Shown here piece by piece: positions 56,754 to 64,000 of a stretch of DNA of 64,000 nucleotides. Within the stretch, counting starts at the first letter, position 1. The number at the start of each line of letters is the position of its first letter. The DNA lies in contig CADCGC010000001.1 of NCBI GenBank assembly GCA_902800905.1, positions 117,336 to 181,335 on the forward strand, given 5' to 3'. The position numbers and the translations under genes are program-made. Under the pieces are notes generated by a model, which had not been told where the DNA came from, searched no databases, and saw only the letters and a program-made list of their open reading frames with translations. This DNA comes from an uncultured Erysipelotrichaceae bacterium. GTDB lineage: Bacteria > Bacillota_I > Bacilli_A > RFN20 > CAG-826.

Positions 56754-59521
56754 GATAGGTTCCTTTGTGCTTTAAGCAATTTAATTTTTTTAAGGATGGC
56801 AAATGGAAGCAAAATTATCAATGGTAAGTAACAAATAGAGTCAATTATTAAAAAAATGCTCCAATTAAAACTTAAACTATTAATATAGTTCTTTATGATG
56901 ATGATAGAAACAATTTTTAAAACACCATCTATCATTGTTACTAGAGCCTGAATTTTAAGAATTTTAAGACTATTTGAAACAATAATAAATGCATCTGCAA
57001 CAAGATAAACAAATGAAAAACAAATGAAGCAAAGAACAATTGTTCTATCAACACTAATAGTATTTTCTCCTAGCCAAATATCGAATATAAATTGTAGCGC
57101 CAGCCCAGAAAGAACGCACATAACAAAAAGGGAAAAAGAAATTCCAACTGTAATAGCAGTAAATTTTTTGATATCTTCATATTTTCCTTTATTAACGCTA
57201 GAAGCAATCGCTGACCAAATTGGCTGCTGAACAACAGCTGCCATTAATCCTATAAAAAATGAGAAAATTCGATAATATTTTGAATAATCAGCCGCATCAG
57301 ATGGACCAAATACATTTGAAATAAACAAGGAATCTGTTTGTGAAATAAGCATAAATCCTATTTGTATAAGAAAAAACACAACACCAAACGACATAACAGA
57401 TTTACATGTTGAAATATTAAAACATTTGAGTCTAGGAGCATATATTCTGTTATTCTTTTTTGCAAAATAAACAAGAGACCCAATCAAAAAAGGCAAATTG
57501 GCACACAATAAATAAATAATAGAAGCTGCAATAAGTTTTGAAGAGGCGAAAGAATCTCTAAAGACAGAAAAGAATAGCAACAATAGTAAATTAGAAACAA
57601 GGGCGAACGATGCTCCTAAAATAGTCTTTTTTTCTGCATAATATATGAAAATGATGTTTTTTAAGACAAATTCCAAGCACAATCCAAACGCAAGAATTGT
57701 CATCGAGGTTTTTATTATATTTGGCTCAACAACCGATTGCGGAATACCCATAAAAGAATTTAAATCCAGGGTCATAATTAATATTTCAAATATAATAAAT
57801 ATAATAATGCTAGCAGCCAGTGACCCAAAATAAGTTGATGATATCAACTTTTTTTTCAATTCATCATCGTTATTGTCGATTGCATCTGCTAATTTGGCTC
57901 TTAATCCACTGCCAAACCCAAAATCAAGAAGCAAAGTCCAAGACAAAACACTAATAATAACAGACCATGTCCCATATAGTTCGTTTGTTTTAAAGAACGA
58001 AATATAAACAGGAATGATAAAAATTGCAACAAACATCGAAATTCCTTTAATGATTAAAAGGCCGAACATATTTTTATAGGCATGGCCTCGCTCTCCATTA
58101 TTCAAAAGGGCTTTATGTAATTTTTCAGTTGTTGAACAGGTTTTTTCAAAGCAACAATCACTGCCATATAACCCATCTTTAACTAGAAAAGACAAAAGCA
58201 ATATAACAACAGAGATCATCGCCATATTCTCCAAATTTAAAAGAATAAGCAAAATGATTGAAATCAACAAATTGGTTAAAAAATTATTATTTTTTAATAA
58301 AAACGGAGAAACAACAAATAGTAAAACAAACAGTAAACCAGGAATACCAAAGGCAGCTAAAAACAAGCCGTATGTAGAAGTTAAGGAGTAATCGGTGGTG
58401 CCATCAGGAAAAAGAGCAACATACTGATTTCTTGCCTCGTTGATTCCAAAGCCAAAAAGAGGAGACTTAGAAAAAACATTTATCAAGTAAGGGATAGATA
58501 AAAATCTTGTATTCTGTGTACTTTGTAAAAATTTACTGAATAATGTCGGAAATGCCTCTGCTAAATAAGGGAGGAGTGGGCCCATTATTAACAAAGCACC
58601 GCCAAATAAAACAAACAACAAAATAGCAACATATATTGTACGTTTATAAACATCCTTAACTCGAATTGAAATAATTAATGGAATGATTAAAATAGCAACA
58701 AAATATCCGCCTGTTGAAAAAGTTAAAACCAGAGAAATTAAATAAGCAGCATAATATATTGCCTTTCTTTTTATGTTAGTAAGCGATATTAACAAAAGCC
58801 CAATAACTATAATTGCAGCAAAAATACTCGGTTCCCAAAAAGGACCAGATAGTCTAAGTAGAGATGATTGACCTTTGTGATATGTAAGCCACTTATTAAC
58901 AAAGAAAGAAAGAAAATTGTAAGAATTTACAATCGCGCCACCATCAGTAATGGTAAATTGGCCAGCCCCTTCAGCGCCAATGCTAGAAGCGACAAGATAA
59001 ATTGGTAATGAGATAAGGCAAATAACGAGCAAAGCTTTAGAATATATTTTTGCAAAAGTTTCAAAAGAAATTGAAACAATAATAAAAAGCGAAGAAAAGC
59101 AAATAATCAAAAAACGAAAAGTACCATTTATATTATTATTCTTAAAAGCATTTATGCCACAGGAAATAAAAAATAATAAAAAACACAATAAAACCAAAAT
59201 GTTTTTGATAGTGGCTTTAGTTTTGAAAAATTCTTTAATGTTTTTAACTTTTGAACGAATGTCTGGCAAAGAAAAGAAAAAAAGTATTAAAGAGCAAAAA
59301 AACAAACCTAGATATAAAAAAGCGGTTATTTTATTTGAAAAGAAAAACTCGACACCCGAATACCCACTTGTTAATAATATGAACGAGGACATCAATATTG
59401 CGAAAAACTTTTTCACAGCATTTGATTTGGCACATTCATCATTCTTGAAACAAAAAAATTTCTGCCTTATTGCGTTTGCTTTGTTTCTTATAGTTCCAAC
59501 AATTTCCACTTTCACAAGCAA
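56750..59521 (-). CDS. Fused Wzy-like polymerase/ligase and Wzx-like flippase
   Basis: N-half RLSGPFWEPS, TFSTGG, SPLFGFG. C-half KNMFGLLIIKGISM..YGTWS..LDFGFGSGLR. Start uncertain. Confidence 0.72.
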   Translation of the reverse strand: MLVKVEIVGTIRNKANAIRQKFFCFKNDECAKSNAVKKFFAILMSSFILLTSGYSGVEFFFSNKITAFLYLGLFFCSLILFFFSLPDIRSKVKNIKEFFKTKATIKNILVLLCFLLFFISCGINAFKNNNINGTFRFLIICFSSLFIIVSISFETFAKIYSKALLVICLISLPIYLVASSIGAEGAGQFTITDGGAIVNSYNFLSFFVNKWLTYHKGQSSLLRLSGPFWEPSIFAAIIVIGLLLISLTNIKRKAIYYAAYLISLVLTFSTGGYFVAILIIPLIISIRVKDVYKRTIYVAILLFVLFGGALLIMGPLLPYLAEAFPTLFSKFLQSTQNTRFLSIPYLINVFSKSPLFGFGINEARNQYVALFPDGTTDYSLTSTYGLFLAAFGIPGLLFVLLFVVSPFLLKNNNFLTNLLISIILLILLNLENMAMISVVILLLSFLVKDGLYGSDCCFEKTCSTTEKLHKALLNNGERGHAYKNMFGLLIIKGISMFVAIFIIPVYISFFKTNELYGTWSVIISVLSWTLLLDFGFGSGLRAKLADAIDNNDDELKKKLISSTYFGSLAASIIIFIIFEILIMTLDLNSFMGIPQSVVEPNIIKTSMTILAFGLCLEFVLKNIIFIYYAEKKTILGASFALVSNLLLLLFFSVFRDSFASSKLIAASIIYLLCANLPFLIGSLVYFAKKNNRIYAPRLKCFNISTCKSVMSFGVVFFLIQIGFMLISQTDSLFISNVFGPSDAADYSKYYRIFSFFIGLMAAVVQQPIWSAIASSVNKGKYEDIKKFTAITVGISFSLFVMCVLSGLALQFIFDIWLGENTISVDRTIVLCFICFSFVYLVADAFIIVSNSLKILKIQALVTMIDGVLKIVSIIIIKNYINSLSFNWSIFLIIDSICYLPLIILLPFAILKKIKLLKAQRNLS

Positions 59522-59542
59522 ATTCCTCGGTAGATGAACTAA

Positions 59543-60166
59543 TTATCTTCCTTTTACGGCGCCAAAAATTTTCAAAATTGTATATCCAAATATTTTAGCA
59601 TCGAATCCAAACGAGACTCTTAGAGCATATTTATGATCCCATTCAGCTTTAAATTCAGGATCATGCTCCCTTTTCATCTTAATTTGAGCATATCCAGAAA
59701 TACCTGGTTTAACATCATATGCATTAGGAGTATATTTTTCTCTACACTCTCTTAAATATTCTTCATTATGGGCACTCCCTGGTCTAGGACCAATAAACGC
59801 CATTTGCCCAGCAAAAACATTAAGCAATTGAGGCGTCTCATCGATTGATGTTTTTCTTAGAAAATTACCAAAACCAGTTTCGAGAGATTTTTGTGTTTCT
59901 GCATCCATATCGCTTGGAGCAAGATTTGGATTGGCAGACATTTTCATAGATCTAAACTTAATCATCTTGAATATCTTTTCACCTTTGCCATATCTTTCTT
60001 GAACAAAAAATGGGTGCCCCTTAGTAACAATAGCATTCACAGGAATTACCCACCACCAAAGCAAAGCAAAACACACAATGATTCCAATGATAGAACCAAA
60101 TATGCCAATTAACCTTTTGAATGGTAGATATATTTTTTGTGATGTTTTGAATTGATACTCTGACAT
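59543..60166 (-). CDS. Priming sugar transferase (Bac_transf family)
   Basis: FKRLI, KFRSM, FLRKTSIDETPQLLNV, IGPRP, KPGISGYAQ. Confidence 0.92.
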   Translation of the reverse strand: MSEYQFKTSQKIYLPFKRLIGIFGSIIGIIVCFALLWWWVIPVNAIVTKGHPFFVQERYGKGEKIFKMIKFRSMKMSANPNLAPSDMDAETQKSLETGFGNFLRKTSIDETPQLLNVFAGQMAFIGPRPGSAHNEEYLRECREKYTPNAYDVKPGISGYAQIKMKREHDPEFKAEWDHKYALRVSFGFDAKIFGYTILKIFGAVKGR

Positions 60167-60669
60167 AAATATATATTTATTTTTCTCATCCTAATTGTCG
60201 CTATATTAAAACACTATATTAAAATATAGTCAAGTAATAATATGTTAGAAAGTATCAAACCAATCTCGTTTTTTTGTTTGTGATTTTGCTCTAACGGCAA
60301 AAATAATTAACTACCTACACATAATTGACAAAACTCACAAAAAAACTTTTTATCTAGAAACAACATAAAAATTCATAACTTTATCCTTATGACAAAAAGG
60401 ACACTCGTCATATTGATTAGCGTCATATATCTTTCCGCAATAAACACAAAATCGTTTTTTCAAATTCGTATACCGCTACTATTATTCTTAAGAAATTTTA
60501 TCAAAGAAAAAGGTGATATATTAATATATTTTTCAGAGGCATTCAAATGCTTTCAATTTCAAAAAATATAATCATAAATAATATTTGATCATAATTACTA
60601 TTCCCAAGCATTTGATCAGTGACCACACAACACTAGGGATTAACTTATAATTTCGATATTAAGTGTGAC

Positions 60670-61467
60670 CTAATCCTTAAACATGTATTCAATAGAAGCA
60701 TATGGATGAGTGATGTCCATAATCACTCTTTCCTTATGCTTTAAAACATAATGAATATTACTAGAAGGACATTCATGAATATATCTAATCATATCTCCTT
60801 TAATAGGCGCTTTTAATGGATGCCCACTATTAGGGGGAATATCAATAGAAAGAAGATATTTCCCTTTTTTAATAACGATATTTTCTTTACTTAATTTTAA
60901 TATTTTCGCTCCATTATATGTTCCAAAGCGATATTCCTTGTTTTTATATGTGATTAAGGTCGTTATCCCTTTAATCACAAATAATTTAAAAGGAATAGTC
61001 GCGATGGCAATAGTGATACTAGCCTCTTTATTAATCGCATTGATCCATAAATATTCTTTAGGGAAATTAACACCTCTATCTCCTTCAATATATCCACTAC
61101 CATTATTAAAAGAGATAACTTTGTTATTAAGTGTTATTTCTCCAGATAATGATTGATACATTGAATATATTTTATGTTTACATTCAATCGGTAAAAACCG
61201 ATAGTAAGACATAATATCTTTTTTAGGAATTAATAATTCTCCATAACCAATATATCCAGTTAAAGATATATCTTCCTGTTGGACATCAAATCTAATCCCT
61301 TTAAAGGAGATGTCCACACTAGATATATCTTTAATGAGATAACTCTTTTCATTAGTGATAACTTGAATCATATCTCCTTCATTACTCGTAGAAGATATAA
61401 CCGCTAGAGTGTAGCCGTCCACTGTTTGGTGTTTATAATAAATTCCAAAAAATCTTTTCTTTTTCAT
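60670..61467 (-). CDS. Tocopherol cyclase-like protein
   Basis: FFGIYYKHQ, IECKHKIYSM, GYIEGDRGVNFPKEYLW, LKAP..GDM.RYIHE. Confidence 0.65.
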   Translation of the reverse strand: MKKKRFFGIYYKHQTVDGYTLAVISSTSNEGDMIQVITNEKSYLIKDISSVDISFKGIRFDVQQEDISLTGYIGYGELLIPKKDIMSYYRFLPIECKHKIYSMYQSLSGEITLNNKVISFNNGSGYIEGDRGVNFPKEYLWINAINKEASITIAIATIPFKLFVIKGITTLITYKNKEYRFGTYNGAKILKLSKENIVIKKGKYLLSIDIPPNSGHPLKAPIKGDMIRYIHECPSSNIHYVLKHKERVIMDITHPYASIEYMFKD

Positions 61468-61543
61468 ATATATTGATATACACATTATATCGATTACATC
61501 TATATATATCAAAATAGATGCATATAGATTTTATTTACTTATA

Positions 61544-61612
61544 TTTTTGGTAGTAGCTTTGTCAATATGTGGTAGTACACTACTACAAAATCTATGTTTT
61601 TACTACCAAAAA
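61544..61612. promoter_or_regulatory. 12-bp inverted repeat with nested half-sites over a minus-strand TTGACA
   Basis: tttttggtagta ... tactaccaaaaa, with internal tggtagta and tactac. Confidence 0.5.
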
Positions 61613-61636
61613 AAGAAAATATAAAATAACACAAAC

Positions 61637-61729
61637 ATATATTGTAAGAGAACAAAAATCACTCCTGTCCAGCGGTCAGCTGGACAATATGGGAGTGATA
61701 TTCTGTTCCACTCTCTTACATCAATATAT
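61637..61729 (-). other. Long bulged stem-loop (terminator or small RNA)
   Basis: atcactcc/ggagtgat and tgtccagc/gctggaca stems, extended by taagag/ctctta and atatattg/caatatat. Confidence 0.55.
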
Positions 61730-61758
61730 ATAAATAATACAAATATATAGTAAGTTTT

Positions 61759-62103
61759 TTATTCTTTAATCAAAAAGTTGTTGAACAATTCTTTCAGCTC
61801 ATCTAAATCTTGAGTAGCGGTTTCATAAACAATTGTGTAATCTGTTTTGCCATACTCATGGACAATCCCGTTTCTGAAGCCAATTATTTCACCCCATGGT
61901 ATATAATTATGTTCTTCTTTAAAACTAGTAGATATATTTTTTATATTTTCTATCAATTGAACAAACCTAAACATAATGGCATCGATAAGTTCACCATCAC
62001 TTATAAATTCTTCATATGATTTATCTGATATGTAGTTTTTAATAGCGTCAATATTTTCAACTATTTTCAAAGCATAATATTTATCATTTTTAACATTATC
62101 CAT
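61759..62103 (-). CDS. HEPN (DUF86/HepT-like) RNase toxin
   Basis: IPWGEIIGFRNGIVHEY carries the RX4H motif. Confidence 0.88.
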   Translation of the reverse strand: MDNVKNDKYYALKIVENIDAIKNYISDKSYEEFISDGELIDAIMFRFVQLIENIKNISTSFKEEHNYIPWGEIIGFRNGIVHEYGKTDYTIVYETATQDLDELKELFNNFLIKE

Positions 62104-62575
62104 AAATCTTAATACCATCCTTCATTATTTCATTTATCAAATCTAAATTGTTATTTAAATTTGAAAACCTAATGAGATCAATATTCTTGTGTAGAACTTG
62201 TCTTATTGATTCACTTAACCCCGCAAATTTAAGTCCTGTCAAATTGGTAGCAATACATAAATCTACATCACTATTCTCTTTGGCGTAACCTTTTGCGTAG
62301 CTTCCAAATAAATAACAAAATTCAATTTGATCTTTGTATTCAGAATCAAATAAAGACGCTAAAAGAGTTTTTATTTGTTCAACACTTAATAATCCTTTTG
62401 TTTCGGTAATCTCACATTTCTCGATTAAAGTTTTAATCATCATGGTTCTTTTTAAATCATCACCATAATTATTATCTTTTTCGTATCTTATATAAGTTCT
62501 CACTGGTAAGCCCAATAACGCTGCTGCATCAATTTGAGATAATCTATATTCTTTCCTAATTTCAAATAAAGTCAT
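62096..62575 (-). CDS. HTH-fused MNT antitoxin
   Basis: XRE-type HTH LSQIDAAALLGLPVRTYIRYE, then LFGSYAKG..SDVDL. Confidence 0.88.
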   Translation of the reverse strand: MTLFEIRKEYRLSQIDAAALLGLPVRTYIRYEKDNNYGDDLKRTMMIKTLIEKCEITETKGLLSVEQIKTLLASLFDSEYKDQIEFCYLFGSYAKGYAKENSDVDLCIATNLTGLKFAGLSESIRQVLHKNIDLIRFSNLNNNLDLINEIMKDGIKIYG

Positions 62576-62596
62576 AACAATCACCAAATATATAAT

Positions 62597-62675
62597 ATAT
62601 GTACTGTCATATTTTTTCAATAAGTATATGCCAATTTGTCATATTAGTAAAATATTATTATGCCAATTTGTCATA
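62597..62675. promoter_or_regulatory. Operator-like repeats upstream of the TA operon
   Basis: tatgccaatttgtcata at 62627 and 62659, plus atatgtactgtcatat at 62597. Confidence 0.65.
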
Positions 62676-62750
62676 ATGTTGACTTCGTTTAAGTACGTCT
62701 TTTTATAAATAAAAAGCCCTGATTTTTTATCAGAGCATTTTCAAGCGTTT

Positions 62751-62835
62751 TGGTGCGACTAGCAGGAATCGAACCTGTACGAGTTGCCTCACTAGATTCT
62801 AAGTCTAGCGCGTCTGCCAGTTCCGCCATAGTCGC
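62751..62835 (-). tRNA. tRNA-Leu(TAG)
   Basis: GCGACTA acceptor stem, ctaga-CTTAGAA-tctag anticodon arm, long variable arm, encoded CCA. Confidence 0.93.
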
Positions 62836-62893
62836 ATATGGATATATTTTTAAAAATAAAGAGCTGATTTTGTTCAGCTCATATTTTTCAAGG

Positions 62894-62969
62894 TGGTGCC
62901 GTCTATCGGAATCGAACCAACAACCTACTGATTACAAATCAGTTGCTCTGCCAATTGAGCTAAGACGGC
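62894..62969 (-). tRNA. tRNA-Thr(TGT)
   Basis: actga-TTTGTAA-tcagt anticodon arm, encoded CCA. Confidence 0.93.
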
Positions 62970-62974
62970 ATTTT

Positions 62975-63049
62975 TGGTGGACACTACAGGGATCGAACCT
63001 GTGACCTCTTCCGTGTGAAGGAAGCGTTCTCCCGCTGAACTAAGTGTCC
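62975..63049 (-). tRNA. tRNA-Val(CAC)
   Basis: cttcc-TTCACAC-ggaag anticodon arm, GGACACT acceptor stem, encoded CCA. Confidence 0.9.
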
Positions 63050-63107
63050 CTATAGTGTTTCTTATTTAATTAAAGCCCTAATGTTAAGGGCTATATGACG
63101 CATTTTC

Positions 63108-63184
<77 letters not shown>

Positions 63185-63248
63185 GAATACGCGCTTAAAT
63201 AATATATAATAATAGGAAAAATATATCAATAAGAAAATTATAAAACAA

Positions 63249-63274
63249 AAAAGGAAGCCAGCATCGACTTCCTT
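63249..63274 (-). terminator. Terminator after rpsI
   Basis: aaggaag...cttcctt stem with a T-tract on the minus strand. Confidence 0.65.
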
Positions 63275-63319
63275 AAATTGTTTTGTCTTAATACTGATAT
63301 CAAAGATATCAAGCCAAGA

Positions 63320-63718
63320 TTAACGCTTAGAGAATTGTGGAGCTTTTCTCGCAGCTTTAAGACCGTATTTCTTTCTTTCCTTCTTACGAGAATCTCTAGT
63401 AATCATACCTGCTGTCTTTAAAGTTTTGCGATCGCATCCCGCTTCAAGTAAAGCGCGAGTAATGCCTAATCTGATAGCACCGGCTTGACCTGTGAATCCA
63501 CCACCCTTGACTTCTGCTCTGACATCATATTTGCTTTCAGTGCCAGTTAAGGTTAATGGTTGTTTGAGGTCCATGACAAGAGTCGCATATGGCATATATT
63601 CATTGACATCACGACCATTGACTGTAATTGTGCCTTTTCCTTCGGTGACATAAACACGTGCAATAGATGATTTTCTTCTACCAGTACCGTAATATTGGAG
63701 ATTTTCTTTCTTCGCCAT
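63320..63718 (-). CDS. rpsI: 30S ribosomal protein S9
   Basis: [38 protein letters not shown]. Confidence 0.98.
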   Translation of the reverse strand: MAKKENLQYYGTGRRKSSIARVYVTEGKGTITVNGRDVNEYMPYATLVMDLKQPLTLTGTESKYDVRAEVKGGGFTGQAGAIRLGITRALLEAGCDRKTLKTAGMITRDSRKKERKKYGLKAARKAPQFSKR

Positions 63719-63732
63719 TAGTTATATCCTCC

Positions 63733-64000
63733 TTAGAATTTGAGCTCTAAAACTTCTGGTTTTTGAGCTTCGTGCTTGTGGTCTGGACCAGCGTAGACAA
63801 AGAGTTTCTTTTCAATTTGTCTTCCTAAACGGCCTTTTGGCACCATACCGTGAACACTTCTCTCAATCATTTCACATGGGAATTCTTTGAGCATTGTGCC
63901 AGCAGTTCTTGTTCTTAAGCCGCCATCATAGCCAGACACGTTGTAATATTTTTTATTGTGGATTTTATCTCCAGATAAGCTCACTTTTTCAGCGTTGATA
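63733..64000 (-). CDS. rplM: 50S ribosomal protein L13, 5'-truncated by the window edge
   Basis: GMVPKGRLGR..KLFVYAGPDHKHEAQKP, directly upstream of rpsI. Confidence 0.95.
   Translation of the reverse strand, partial: INAEKVSLSGDKIHNKKYYNVSGYDGGLRTRTAGTMLKEFPCEMIERSVHGMVPKGRLGRQIEKKLFVYAGPDHKHEAQKPEVLELKF

Noticed and set aside
60389-60571. 60-aa ORF upstream of the polysaccharide operon
   Set aside because: Low-complexity AT-rich sequence with no clear RBS or motif.
1907-62019. Many 60-160 aa ORFs nested in or antisense to long genes
   Set aside because: Shadow ORFs of well-supported CDSs, with no motifs of their own.
62750-63004. 84-aa plus-strand ORF
   Set aside because: It is the antisense reading of the tRNA genes.

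Overview
AT-rich, genetic-code-11 window from a low-GC Bacillota genome, probably an uncultured Bacilli lineage. 1-14 kb is housekeeping: two PrsA-like proteins, hit, yhaM, recX, serA, serC, DUF1015 and gdhA. The right end holds rplM, rpsI and four tRNAs. Between them is a ~48 kb accessory tract almost all on the minus strand. It contains an HTH-MNT/HEPN toxin-antitoxin pair next to tRNA-Leu and an ~18.5 kb polysaccharide locus (41.7-60.2 kb) with a fused Wzy-Wzx, a glucuronyl C5-epimerase, an alpha-1,2-fucosyltransferase, and both de novo (manC-gmd-fcl) and salvage (fkp) GDP-fucose routes. It also contains a defence/TA island (18.5-41 kb) with a GHKL-nuclease, an SF1-helicase-TIR fusion, two ABC-ATPase/RloB-like pairs, an AEP-SF2 helicase, an HNH, two AbiE pairs and orphan antitoxins. 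A degraded second copy of the 3' end of the PEPCK-like gene suggests two versions of one variable locus are stacked in tandem. I saw no integrase, transposase, reverse transcriptase or CRISPR array. All calls come from motif reading by eye; no database searches were run.
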